Assembly: GCA_964016885.1 (NCBI GenBank)
Contig: OZ024743.1
Coordinates: 14,880,001 to 14,944,000 of the forward strand
Length of the DNA stretch: 64,000 nt
Origin: Eledone cirrhosa
Lineage: Eukaryota
Reading direction: 5' to 3'
The position numbers and the translations under genes were made by a program. This document shows positions 49,701 through 63,677 of the stretch, in pieces. The notes beneath the pieces are model-generated. The model saw only the letters and a program-made list of their open reading frames with translations. It searched no databases and was not told where the DNA came from. The first letter of the stretch is position 1; each line of letters opens with the position of its first letter.

Positions 49701-52658
49701 GGCTTCATAGACGAGGACCCGGCTACTGGAAGCTAAACGTGTCCTTACCAGCGCGAAAGACCTACAGAGACCGGATTAGCGAACTAGTTAAGCGGGCGTT
49801 GACGGGGTCCATTGTCAACAAGAGGTGGTGGTTTGCTCTGAAAAGAGCAATTAGAATAGAGTCCATTAGGTTTAGTAAGGCTTTAGCAATAGAGAAAAAT
49901 AGAGCAGAGGGAGAATTAGTTAGAAAATTAGACGAGGCGCTCAGCAAAGGCATCGCGATCGACGTACTTGCGGCGAAATTGGCCCTTGAACAATTGTTCA
50001 ATGCAAAGCACGAAGGCAGCGTTCTCAGAGCTAGGGTGCGTGCTCTCAGACACGAGGCGACGAAAGCCGTTTAATGGGCCAAAGTGGCGGAGGCGCGTCG
50101 TGGCAACAGAGCCACGATCCGGGCTTTGGTCGACCACGACGGGCGCATGCTACTCGATCCCGGGCAAATGTGTGAAGCTTTTCAGCGACACTTCGCACAG
50201 CTGTTCGTGGGCAGCAGCGGGCCGGATCAAGGGATGGACTTTAGTGTCTACCTCGACGGACTGCCGCGGCTCTCGGCCACAGAGCCGGAGTGTTGCGAAA
50301 AGCCGATAACAGCCGCTGAAGTACGGGAGGCAATGACTGGCTGCACAAGGGGTAAATCGCCTGGTTTGGATGGTCTGCCCTATGAACTTTACGTACAGAT
50401 GCCAGACTTGTTCGGAGGCCTCTTGGCGGACGTCTACTGCAACTGGCAACAGAACGGGAGAATTCCCAGCTCTGTGAGCCGAGGAGCTGTGGCGCTGCTG
50501 AGAAAGGATCCGAACAAAGTGGATAACATAGATAATTTCAGGCCCATAACTCTGCTAAACACAGAGTTCAAGATTTTGGCCAAGGTGATAGCAAAGAGGT
50601 TAGCGCTTGTAGTTGGCGGTCTGGTGGGAGAGGCGCAGACATGCGTCATTCTCGACAGATCCAGCCCATACAACCTCCACTTCATGCGATACATCGTAGA
50701 GAGGGTAGCTAGGGAACCTGGCACGGGTTGGTCCTTGATCAATTTAGATCAGTCTAAAGCTTTCGATAGGGTCCACCATCGTTACATAGCGGCAGTCGTG
50801 AGGGCGGCTGGCTTTGGGCCCGTCTTCAGAGGCTGGATCGCAGCCATGCACAGCGACATCTGCTCTGTGGTGAGAGTGAATGGTCACCTTTTGGAACCGT
50901 TCAATATCATGCACTTGGTCCGCCAAGGATGTCCCCTCTCGTTCCTCTTGTACATATTGACTCTCGAGCCATTACTGCACAAACTGGAAACGGTGAGGTG
51001 GTCCCGGGCAAACTAGGATGCGGAAGATCCGTGTCAGCATATTCGGACGATGTCACCGTAGTGGTGTCGAACGCCAAACACATCGAGGCGATCGGCACTA
51101 CACTAAGAGAATACGAAGCGGTGACAGGAGCAATGATAAACCATGAAAAGTCAGTTAGCCTGCAGCTCGGCACCTGGAGAGGCAGGTCCATATGGTCCAA
51201 CAGCGTCGTCGGGCGCTGGACGGACGGACCGGTTAAATTGCTAGGGGTCTGGTTCGGTCCGGACTTCCAGACGGACAAAACCTGGGACGAGGTGACGAGC
51301 AGGATGGCTTCTCTCACCCAGAATTTGGCGGAGAGCAAGCTATCCCTGAAAGGTCGAGCGGAGGTGGCTAACGCGTACATCGCGTCCGTCATCTACTACC
51401 GCCTGTCCGTCGTACCTTGTCCTAAGCCCCGCCTGACTGCGCTGGAGTGTTTGCTCTTTCGCTTTTTGTGGAAGGGACGCGCTCCGATGGTCAGGCGGTC
51501 CATCTGCTGTCAACACTCGCTACGTGGAGCGCTGGGCATGCCGTCGATGATGATGCGCAGACACGCCCTCAGGCTACGACATCTCCACCTATTCCTCGAC
51601 GGTGATCAGGTGTGGTCGCCGTTTGCTAGACACGTCTTTCCCCATCTCGTCTCCTTGACGGAGCTGCAGTCCTGGGTCAAGCGAAGACCGAGAGGGAGCG
51701 CTTGGAGACTGGAATGTCTTCAGGCGCTTGCAGCCCTCGACCAATCGGGCAATGTGATCGGTAGAAACTCCACCTTGGCGTTCTATAGGGGATTAGTGGA
51801 GGAGAAGAGAGACGACGTACTTGGAGAAACTCTAGGCGTCGACGAAAATCAACTAGCCAATCTCTTCGGAAGGACTTTCGGGCCGGGGTCTATGGACAAC
51901 TTCCAGAAATCCCTGGCCTGGCAGTGCTACCGAGGAGCTTTGCCAGTTCAGGATTAACTTCACAGGCATGGAGGTGCCGTCAGCCGGGCATGTCCGAGAT
52001 GCGTGCAGGGAGACGAAACCGTCCTGCACGCACTCGTCCAGTGTCCGAGCATTGCTGACTTGTGGGTTTATGTCGAACACCTGCTGTCGCGTGTAGGACG
52101 GATCCAGCTATCAGCTGAGTCCATCGTGAGGATTGCCCCGCCCTTTTCCTTTAGCCCGGAAAGGCAGGCAGTTTTTATCTGTCTGGTGGCCATGGCGAAA
52201 GAGCTAGTATGGTGGACACGTTTGAAAGGGCTGAAGACGAGCACTTACCTCTTCGGTGATGCCCTGATTAACTTTTTCAAATTTCATTTGAAAAGGAAAA
52301 TCAGAGTAGAAAGGGAAGTGCTCTCTTCCCAGCATTTTGTTGAAAGATGGGTGAGAGATGCAAGAATGGCCCGAGTGAATGGGCCTACTCTGAGTATGTG
52401 TCTGTAAATTGAAGGTGTAAAACTGGGAGAGGGCACTTGTCCTGGTGGTCAGGGTCACTGTGTCTTTTTAACGGGCTTTCTCCACTAATGTCCTTCGGAT
52501 TCTCCCCCCTATTGGGGAATTTTTTCATTGTTCTATTACTACATCCTCTGTTTCTTGTTTTTTACACGCAGAAATACCCATTTGTACCGCCCTGTATTGT
52601 CCTGTACTGTCCTTAATGTCTATTTTATGTAAAGCCTTGTGGTTAATAAAGAAAGCTA
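46778..52658 (+). mobile_element. Full-length but degenerate Tx1-like LINE with a different 5' UTR/ORF1 type
   Basis: Broken ORF1 46991-48942 (CVVCGEGTHLRPFC) and broken ORF2 48989-52407; (TTA)n at both ends. Confidence 0.92.
48989..52407 (+). pseudogene. Tx1-like ORF2 (APE-RT) with several stops and frameshifts
   Basis: Pieces 48989-49552, 49676-50074, 50084-51016, 50929-51957, 52003-52407 closely match 4951-8370; YSDD motif. Confidence 0.93.
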
Positions 52659-52691
52659 TATTATTATTATTATTATATATATTTTTTTTAC

Positions 52692-52756
<65 letters not shown>

Positions 52757-52841
52757 TTTTTTAATTTTATATATATATATAGCTGGGCGTCAGAGAAACG
52801 ATTGTGATATGTCTAATACATTTTAATTCTCCGTTTCCGAT

Positions 52842-52878
<37 letters not shown>

Positions 52879-52881
<3 letters not shown>

Positions 52882-54930
52882 ATCGGAAACGGAGAATTAA
52901 AATGTATTAGACATATCACAATCGTTTCTCTGACGCCCAGCTCGAGGCCCGATCGATGCAATTATCGAAACTGACTCTAAAATTGGTAGATCCTCAGATA
53001 CGTCTCGATTCTTCGGAGCAAAGTTTCAAAATGCCCAGTTACTCCCGCGGCCTTCGCTTGTTGTTGTCTGTCGATGAGTGGTCAAGAATTGTACACGTCA
53101 TCGGTATTTTTAACCACTCTTGGTCGTTATTTATCTGGTTCCTTTCATATGCCACCTGCCAATCAAAGTTGTTTCTTATATTGGAATTACTACTGTAGGG
53201 GTCAGGGTTTGTATGATTGAAATGCTTGCGCCCACTCGCAACCTTCCCGGTCGGTAGGCGGCCGCACCCATGTCCATGTTTCCCGCAGGTGTGATACATA
53301 TGGGTACGTGATACATATGGCACCCACAACAATCACATATAAACCCGCAACTGTATTATATGTGACAGTCACAGTGAATATTAAATGTACAGCGAATATT
53401 TAGAAAGAGTCTTTAAAAAATTGAAAAACATAAAAAAAAAAACGTTCAGAAAAACACACCTTCAAAATACCTTAAAAACATACACATTAAAAAAATGACA
53501 TAAATGTCATTTTTAAAAAAATGTTCCTTTGAAAGGGTTTTTTTTAATGTGTATGTTTTTAAGGTATTTTGAAGGTGTGTTATTCTGAACGTTTTTTTTA
53601 TTATGTTTTTCAAAATGCTTCAAAGAGCCTTTCAAAAAAGTTATTTCAAAAGTATTTTTGATAAATATACATACGCATATATACACACACACACTGCTCA
53701 GGAAAGCATATATACTTAAGAAGCTGAACATATATACAGATGAAAAACCGGAAAATCTGCAGATACATATGCATACACCTACACAGACATGTTCATATAT
53801 ATACATACACACAGACATGCATACACATGCATGTATATAGATACATATTCATGCATACACATACATACATGTACCCACGCATGGGCATGCATATGGGCAT
53901 TCTTATACATCTCAAAAAGCACATACTTGATGAATACCTACATATCCACAAACACACGCAACTGTGCACATAGCGCATAAAATATTATATGAGAAATTAT
54001 TCCTGAGGTGTGGAACGTAACCCATTCATGGGGCATTATAAGCATGAAAGTGCATGCACAATATGCACAAATGCAATAGCTACGTAGCAGCCACGTACTA
54101 ATGACAGCTAACATGGAGGGCACGTATATGAATGCGTGTACTTACATAAAATAAAATAAAATAAAATAAAATAAAATAAAATAAAATAAAATACTTGAAA
54201 AAGGAATATATACATGAAAAAGATGCAAAGGAGGTATCTGTTCACGCCACCCGGATATTATTGGGATGTGCATAAAGTTGCATAAAATACTTAAAGAATG
54301 TGTTGCATAGAGTTATATAAGATACAGAAGGAGTGACGATCCAAGGGACTGGGTAAGAACCTGCGCATCAACCATGCACATGAGACAGATTTCATGACAG
54401 GTGGACACAGGGGACCGTGTAGGTATACACAAACAAGTTATATATATTGTGAATGTCTAGAATATCCTTTTCATAATAGTATATATGAAATGTACATGAA
54501 ATGGATGCATAAATGTAATATATCGGGAATGTGTAGAATATGCCTTTCATAACAGTATATATGAAATGTTCATGGAATGAATGTATAAGTGGAATATACC
54601 AGCGGATTGTGCTGTAGGCATGTATATAGCAATGACTGGCAAAGTTAAAATTAACTACACCATTAACCTTAATCCAACATCAAGTCCAACATTAAAGTTG
54701 CAAATTAAACATCAAGAATCGAAAATAAAAAAATAAAAAATAAAAACTTCAAATTCAGATTCAAAACCACAGATGAGGTTGTAAACGAGATTTATCTGAA
54801 GCTCGTTAGATTTCAGAGTCACTTTCGATCATTGCATCAATCGTGCCTCGAGCTGGTCGCCAGAGAAACAATAGTAATATGTTTAATACATTTTAATTCG
54901 TCGCACCACTGATTCTCCATTTCTTATGTG
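52879..54930. mobile_element. Non-autonomous TIR element, ~2 kb, with ~130-150-bp imperfect TIRs in a TA context
   Basis: 52879-53010 (cccatcggaaacggagaattaaaatg...ctcgagg...) is the diverged reverse complement of ~54785-54930. Confidence 0.65.
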
Positions 54931-55007
54931 ATATTATACTCTCCTCTCTAAGAGCATCCAGTGCTCAAACGGCCTACCACATACGGACGCTTTAAGCATC
55001 CCACACC

Positions 55008-55056
<49 letters not shown>

Positions 55057-55649
55057 AATTATAAAGTTGACGGCCGTATGTATGTAACAAACTATTTGCC
55101 AAACGGCTGGACCAACAAGCGCCAACTTTGCACCATAGATGTAACTTTTTCCATTAAGTAAGTGAGGGTATTTTTATATTCTAACTTTCGTTAAAAGATT
55201 AAAGAAATTTTATCGTTTATTTAAATATTCACTGCTTTAACATTTTCAAATGTCACCACTTCCGGTTATACGACATTCCCTTCTCTTTCTTAGTCTGTCT
55301 TTTTAGATAGATACATAGCTATAACGTCGCGCCCTTATAATATCTCTGTATGTCTGCTGTATGCATTATATACATAGCTATAACGTCGCATGTTTATAAT
55401 ATCTGTCTGTCTTCACGAACCAAAGTATCGTATTCCTGTTTCCCTTCGGTTGCAACGTTTTCGAAATATTTATTTCTGCGTTCACAGATTGATTTTTTAA
55501 TTTCAGAAGTTCCCGTTAAGGGTGAAAGCAGTGATTTTTGTTTCAACTTTAATCTGTTATATTAATATATATTTATATATATTAAAATAACAGATTAAAA
55601 TTTAAGCAAAGAATCGCTGCTTTCACTCTTAACGGGATCTTCTGAAACT

Positions 55650-56606
55650 ATGGCGTACAATGCAGGCGGACGGCATCCCAGTGAAGATACTTCGTCCCAT
55701 ACTCGGGCTCGAGTGAGGGTCTATGGCGGGGAGACGGAGTCGTTCGATGTTGGGGCCAGTGTTCGGCAGGGGTGTGCGCTGATTTACAAGGTGCTCTCGA
55801 AAGGGTGTACACAGCAGCCGCCGCTGTTGGACTACGAATCAATGCTGCCAAAGTCATGACGTCACTGGTCTCGCCTGATGCCTGGCAGACGATATCTCTC
55901 GAGTGCGTGGAACTGGAGGATGAGGAGTCCTTCGTTTACCTGGGCTCGACAATGGTTCCAATGGGAGAGGGTGCAGGGGAGGTCAAACGTCGCATAGGTG
56001 CTGCCAGATCCGCTTTGGGTGCCTCCAACGGTGTCTGTCGGACAGAAGAGAGATCACATTGGCAACCAAAGGGCGAATCTACCAGGCCGTCGTTCGAACT
56101 ATCCTCCTCTATGACTGTGAAACATGGCCTATGAGAGTAGTCGATCAACGAGGGCTGGAGGTCTTCGACAATGACTGTCTCCGCCGCATTCTTCGCTGCC
56201 AACGCCTTGATCGGGTATCTACCACCAGTTTTCATCTTCGCCTGAATATTCGACACCTTCCGTCAGTGCTTCTGCAACGGCGCTTGAGATGGTTTGGTCA
56301 CGTAGCCCGACTCCCTGAGGGTGAGCTGATCCGCGATGTTCTCCTCCCACCTCCACTCCCTAACTGGCGCAAGCGCGTTGGCGAGAAGCTGAAGACCTGG
56401 GCAACGACGATCAAGGAGGAGCTCTCCGAACTCTCTCAGGTCCGCAGGTGGTCGGCCTGGACCGATGGAACCGTGACTGGCTCGCTAGCTCCAGTGACCT
56501 AGCCCGGGAGCGTCGTGCGTGGGCTGCCATAGTTCGGGATGCGTCAGGACAAGGGAAGAAGCCAGCTCAACCCGTCCAGAGTGAATGTCGACTCAAGTAC
56601 AACTAA

Positions 56607-56608
<2 letters not shown>
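55650..56608 (+). mobile_element. 5'-truncated RTE-clade LINE (RT C-terminal part, internal deletions)
   Basis: VRVYGGETESF..VRQGC, GLRINAAK, FVYLGS, KGRIYQAVVRTILLYDCETW, RRLRWFGHV; caagtacaactaagta tail into (TA)n. Confidence 0.88.
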
Positions 56609-56646
<38 letters not shown>

Positions 56647-56840
56647 CGTTTCTGAATTTGTTTAGCAAGATTCTTTATCTGAAAACGTGTGTTGAAGCCG
56701 ATATTGTTATACTTTGGGAGGGTCATGTTGCCAATAAGAAACACACGTACCATGCTTTCACTTCAATTTACTATAATAAATTGAAGTGAAAGCAACTGGT
56801 GCGTGTGTTTCTTATTGGCAACATGACTCTCTCAAAGTAT

Positions 56841-56900
<60 letters not shown>

Positions 56901-57089
56901 ATATAATTATATATTCGTGTACATATATTTTTGCATACACAAAATCAAACTATAAACAAAGGGATTTATTTCACGAAAGTACAGACGGCTTATCGTTATT
57001 GTTACTATCGATATGCCGCCCAAAATGTCCCAGCGTGGCCGGAATATCAGAATTTCCGGAAGAAAAAAAGGTTACTAGAGCAACAGAGA

Positions 57090-57271
57090 AACAAAGCTTC
57101 ACGATTACCATCAACAAAGCTCAAGGTCAAACCCTAATAGTGGCTGGCCCTCATCTAGGAAAACCATGCTTCTCCCAGCGTCAATGCTATGTACGATGCT
57201 CTAGGGTGAGCTCGCCAAACAATCTTCATCTCTGCTCCCGAGCGCCGAACAAAACATATTGTATACTCTGA
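57090..57271 (+). pseudogene. Helitron PIF1-type helicase C-terminal remnant
   Basis: SFTITINKAQGQTL..G..L.KPCFSQRQCYV.CSRV (helicase motifs V/VI). Confidence 0.8.
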
Positions 57272-57590
57272 GGCTCTAACAATGTAATTTATGTATTTTC
57301 TGTTACTTTGAATTTCCATTATGGTTGTACAAATTATTGTAAACTTTGTTAAACAAATTGTTCTCTGTTTACCCTTTTTTGTGTAACTGTCAATTTTCTT
57401 TAACATACTGGCTGCTGAGCTTAGGAATCCTAAAACTATTCAAACCCAACATCAAAGCATGTTAAAAACATACACACCCTCGCTGACTTGAGAGGGCGTG
57501 CGGTATCTTTGCACTGGAGGGGAGGGGCGATTACTGAAAAGATAAAATGCCGGTATAGCTAGCCGGCGGCCAGCCGGACGGGTCAGATAG

Positions 57591-57624
<34 letters not shown>

Positions 57625-57949
57625 GAGAGAAGGAGAGAGAGAAATGGAGAGAGTGTGTGTTTGTATGAGAGAAATATGTAAAATCTTGACCACAGTGCGA
57701 AACGGTTTGTGTAACCGAGACTTGCACCATCATTTATAAATAAATATACCAATATCTAATATGCAGGCATGTAAACATGCCAGTTAATATGAATCTCCAT
57801 GTAAATTGAAAAAGTAAATATAAACTTTAACAGAACTTTTATTTTGGTTGAATGTGATCATTTGGTGGTACTAAGTTAGGGAAGCGCTCATTCAATTCCA
57901 TATGATGGATAACGGGTAACAATTAGTAGTTAATAATCAACCGTAGAAT

Positions 57950-59200
57950 TCACCGGTAGGGGAGTACCAAATAGTGGGGATGTTGGAGCCCGAGAAATTC
58001 TAATGCATCCTAATCACCAAGCAGACGTTATGAAGTAATCCTCCTTGAACACTCCAGCCAAAAGGCTCATAGTCAGAGTAGGCACATTCATTCCAGACAT
58101 CCTCGCTACATTCACCCACCATTTAATAAAAGTACCTACTTCACCCGGACCATGTAGTGATGGCTTTGCCTAAGAGAAAAGTGTCCTTTTCAGTTATTTG
58201 ACTCACCTCAAATGCACAAACTCTTTTGCTACTGCCACATGGCAGAGGAAACATGCCTGCACTGCAGTGCCGATGGAGTCATCCGATAACAGGATACATC
58301 CTACACGACAAAACACCTATCTGACAAACGTCTACCAGTCAGAAATGCCCTGAAATTGGATGAGTATGTGCAGAATGATTTCGTGGCTATAGACTTTGAC
58401 TCAGATCTGCAGTGAACCCCGGTAGCACCATCAGGCTAGGCAATTCTGCTAATTATCCTACGCACGAGACCGGCTAGATGTTTTCGTCGACCACTAGTCA
58501 TTTATAGAACGCTATTGTCGCATTTTCTCTGACTACATTACCCGAATGTCAGGTTCGTAGTCTTGGACTTCACTCGATACAGGAGTGCAGCTCAATCTAT
58601 GGGGCAAGATGAGTAAAACGCGCCTTGTAAATAGCAACCATAACTGCTCCTCGTTTAGGAATATCTGTAAATATAAGCTTAGCACAGGATTGGACATAAT
58701 TAGCCACGGCATGCCAAGCTCTCTTTGCAATGTTTTTTTTGGTAGCAGATGAAACACTTCACCCCTGGGAGCTGTCCCTTCCGAAAGAAGTAAACGAATA
58801 GGTGCTTTAATATGGTTGGATGAGACGTGGGGCGAGGCACGATGCGCAGGTGGTAAGAGATGACGGATACGATGTAAGCATCTCCACTACCACCAACTTT
58901 CAGGGATAGTTTAATATCGGCACATGCCTATATGAGACAGACTACACTGCTCTTTTCCTCGTCTCAGGTCCTCTCCAGGATACCGAACTAGACACAAACA
59001 CCTCGATCTCTCCATCTATTCTGCGTCCGATGAAGTTGTTGAACGGTATGGATTTGCGTCTCCTGATGCCGGGTTGTAAACCCATTATTTATCAGGGTTG
59101 ATTTTTGATCCCATAATTGTTTCATATCCTTCTACGAATGTGCTTACCATCTCGATTCACGAGGTGTGGAACACTATCACGGTAATATCATGTGGTCATA
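57950..59200 (-). mobile_element. Old, heavily decayed Tx1-like ORF2 3' fragment
   Basis: ctcgctacattcacccacc, agccacggcatgcc (LGMPWL), ttcagggatag match the young copies in order. Confidence 0.65.
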
Positions 59201-60350
59201 TTGACACACTCTTTACTTCTCTTTTCGAACGTGATAGCCTACTACAGTTCCGGTTCCGCAGTAATGATCCTAGAGCCAGAATATATACATGTTGAATTGT
59301 TATCATACGTTCTTGATAATATTAGTGATTGCCTAAATATATATATGTGCGCATGTGACCAGGTGTGTATTTGTTAGCTTTTGGGTTTATTTGAAATTAT
59401 GCGGATATGTATGTGGAATATTTTGTATTGTTTTGTATATGTCTCTTGGTACAAGCGTGGTGTCAAGTATTGATTATTTTTTCAAACAATGTTACGTATT
59501 ATCTAAACACAAAACATTCCTTCACTACCTAATATATATGAATCGTTTAGATTGTGCTGTGCAAGCTATGCTGAACTATTTATGACAGGATTTCTTTTAA
59601 TTGAGATATAAATTCATTTTGTGGAGGTAGCTGAATGTATTTTCTGTATAGCTTTATTTTTCGTGGCACCAATATATGAGTAGTGAAGGATAAATATTAA
59701 TAATGAATTTTCTATTACATTTGTTGGGTGATCTAACGGAAGGGAGCAAGGTTTATATGTATTAGAAATCTTTGATATAGTTGAACCCCATAATATCATC
59801 ACTCATTTTGTATTCATGGTAGGCATAATTATCGCTTGGAAACATTTAACATTCAGGAGAGTGCAAGCTGTCTCTAATGTTTAGTTAGGTACAATCACAC
59901 ATGTTTTTAAAATTATATTTTTGTACGTTTTGATGTCATTTTCATGAAATGTATATCACATCAATTTTGCTTATACTTCTTGCAGTACATTGAGGCATAG
60001 ATCTGGTTTTCCATATCATAAATTATACTATAATGTAACGTGTCGTACTAAAATTCGATGTGAGTATCTATAGTTAAACAATTGAAAATATTTACATCGA
60101 TATTTAGAAATGTATTACGCCTTTAATTTAATAAAATGATTTATACTGCTAACATTCAATCACGTCAAACATTGGTAATAAATAAAGTAGCGATGTCAGA
60201 AAAGTGGAAATGATCATTTTATAAAGGAAATATATTTTCATATGTGTAAATTCCATTCATCACCAAAGAAATGATGAATAACAATCGTAGGTTCAAACAG
60301 ATATTGTACGCAAATGGTAATTACTTCGGAGTCTGCGTATGCGTGTGAAA

Positions 60351-60756
60351 AGCTGTCAACTGACGAATCCCTTGCCCACACCTAGTTCCTGAAATCAAGA
60401 ACATGGCACATAAACTCTACTAAAAAAAATCGAACACCATAGCCACAAGCACCAACAAGAGCAGACGTAATCCGAACTTGACACACATCACAGCAAAACA
60501 CCACGAACAAAAACACCCACGCTGCAAACCACAACCACACATAAATGGGAAAGAGCAAATTGACCAGGAACAAAAATACACACCACATTACACAATACAG
60601 AAGTGGTGTTTTGCTGTGCTGTGTGTCATGTTCGGATTACGTCTGTTCTTGTTGGTGCTTGTGGGTATGGTGTTCGATTTTGTTTAGTAGTGTTTACGTG
60701 TCATGTTCTTGATTTCAGGAACTAGGTGTGGGCAATGGATTCGTCAGTTGACAGCT
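60351..60756. repeat. Inverted repeat, ~154-bp arms, ~98-bp spacer (MITE-like or fold-back)
   Basis: 60351-60504 vs 60603-60756. Confidence 0.88.
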
Positions 60757-60939
60757 TAGTTTACAACAGCGTCGGGTTATAATATAAATGTGGAAGTGCG
60801 TGTCTAAGTGAGGTACCTCTAGGAACCACAAAATGCGCAAACATACAAGCCCCAACCAATGTGGAAGAGAGAAAGAGAGAGAGATAGAATGAGAGAGGTA
60901 TGAAATGAAGCTAGGGAGAGGAAAGGAAGGAGAGAGAGC

Positions 60940-61005
<66 letters not shown>

Positions 61006-62598
61006 AGTCGTTAGATCAATAACGGTAAGGAAGCTCATTTATCTACCACAGAAAAAAGGTCGATGAATACTGCGTAAAGTACAAAATCACCCAGAAAGTA
61101 GCAGTTATAACACACATCTCGCCAATCAGTATATACATGCAGCACAAGTGTAGAAAGCCAGATCAATGCCACGTTTAGGAGCATCTCTTGATGCATGCAC
61201 CTTTCTACTACCTAATTAAGTCGAATAAGAACACCAGAAATACAACCCAACTCAATGTCCATTCGATAATCCCTAACAATATATACCCTCTCCAGAACAT
61301 ATAATGGACCCTGGCATGTCTTTTGAAACTCCAATACTGGCACACGTCGAACGGAAATACCGCAACACCTCAGAAGATTATATATCATTTACACAAAGCC
61401 TCCAAGAACATTGCTTGAAAACAAATACGCATTTATCTTTATTGTATTCTCCATATACATCTCATACTAACAGCAGTATATATATGATTACTTCAAACAT
61501 GTCAGCTGGATTAAAAAGGATTGTAGGTATATCTATACTGGACATCATTACAATCACCACGTTGTTCAAGGAAAAAGCAATAAAGAGCATCAAAAAGCAT
61601 CAAAGAGCAATCTAGCGCTTGCCTTTGGAATCCATATTCAGCGGAACCCTGGCAGTCGTAGCAGTGAATTGACTTGAAAGATTTCCCTACACAATAGGGA
61701 ACACATCACTCTATATTACAGACACGTGAATCATCCTCAGGTGATGAACCTCACCAGGTTCAAGGCTATGTAGAGTAAAATTAACTTTCATAGCCACCAT
61801 CCAACAGCAAATGACCATTTAAGCCTGGTATATGTCACTATACTATTTGCGCCAGGAATGTACGCAAGCACGTTTCTTGAGATGTAAGTGAAAGACTCTA
61901 CCGCCGTATTTAAAGGTGTGATAAAAGCACGATCTATACAGAGTAAATATGGGAACTACTATCAACGAAACGATACGGTTCTGTGTGTTTTGTGCGTAAA
62001 AGGAAAGAAAGAAGACACCAGCACAGGTTACATGCACCAACGCCAACTACCTATATTGCTAACGACAAGAACAGCAGAAAGAATAGCTAGCTGAGAAAGG
62101 ACAAGTACTAAATAAACAACATTAAAAGCAACAAAAACAATATCAATATCAAACAAGGCAGCGGAAAAAGTAGCGGAAATGAATGGAATCGTACAGTGCT
62201 AAATAAAGGATAAATTAATAAATTTGAAGTTATGTGAGAGGTGAAGAGAACATTATAGGATATAATTGAAGAGGTGAAATAGTTTTAGGGAAATATAGTG
62301 AAAGAAAGGTTAGGAGGATATGATGTTGATTCAGTGATTAGTTGATCTATTGACAGTTAATAATAGACTCTAAGTAATTCAGTTTGAATAATGGGATTGT
62401 TGGATCAAATCATATTGGTTTGAAATTAGCCAATTTAGTAGCTGCTTTATGTATACAGAAAATTGACCCTTCTATGTTGCTGTTAACCAGCATTTTGTCA
62501 TAATTAAAAATATGGAGCAACACCATATTGCAAAGTCTGCAGCGGGACATTCCATCACAGTATGCCTTGGACCCCAACAGTATCGACCTGCTAATCCC

Positions 62599-62675
<77 letters not shown>

Positions 62676-62681
<6 letters not shown>

Positions 62682-62919
62682 AACGAGTAAGACACCGACG
62701 GCTGAGCTGAAGCCATTTCTACGGCTAATTCTGGACTAGAAAAAAAAAAAAAAATCATTTTTTTATTTTTTTTACTTTTATTAGTCCAAAAGTAGCCGTC
62801 GTAACGGCTTGAGCTCAGCCGTCGGGTTCCTACTCGTTCCTATTACCCACTCTACTACCCTAAGTATTGAGTACTTTGGTGCGTTATGGTCCATCTGGTT
62901 CCTTAGCACATTTCCTTCG

Positions 62920-62922
<3 letters not shown>
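62676..62922. repeat. Inverted pair of the agccgtcgaaacggct module between two (TA)n runs
   Basis: 62676-62739 vs 62781-62843; the right arm extends to 62922. Confidence 0.8.
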
Positions 62923-63010
<88 letters not shown>

Positions 63011-63677
63011 TTTTAATATAGATGAGATTCTACAGGACTAGAACTGTTTCATTCATTAGAAATCATCAGGAATCTGGGTATCGAAAAATAAAAATGGTAT
63101 TTATAGGTCTCTACAAGTGGTAGGAGAGGGTGGGGAGTGGGATGGGTGCAGGTCATTGGTTGATAGAAAAGGGAATTCATTAAAAGCTAATTCTACAAAG
63201 CTATAGTTTATTTTTATTTATTTATGTTATTAGAGTAACAAGGAGAGACAGAATTCTATAAACAGGTTCCGGATGGCATACCAATCCTTGTCATTAAGTT
63301 TCTCTTAAGCTAACAGATGTCTATAAAATCAGTGGGGCGGTCAGTCATGGTCGATAGAATTAAAGAAAAGGGAGATTCTTTAAAAGCTAAAATCATTAAG
63401 GTTCTACTAAGTGACAAAGGTCTAGAGAATTCTGCAGACAGATTCAAAATACTGAGTGCATATCTTACTATTATCTTCGAACTTCTCTTAAACTAATCAA
63501 CTATATGCCAAAAATCAACAGACACATTCACAAAAAAACAAAAAAACAAAAAAACATACTCACTCACACACTTACGCGCAACCATAAACACACACACAAA
63601 CACATATACACACATAAAAACACACACACATATATAAAAATATATATTCATATACATACACACACATACACACATAC

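Larger units (their letters stand above)
55055..57590 (+). mobile_element. Probable internally deleted Helitron, interrupted by an RTE fragment and palindromes
   Basis: PIF1 helicase remnant at 57090-57235; GC-rich terminal hairpin then gatag|t at ~57550-57590; 5' boundary is a guess. Confidence 0.5.

Noticed and set aside
61050-62100. Possible decayed retroelement coding sequence
   Set aside because: No recognisable motif in any frame
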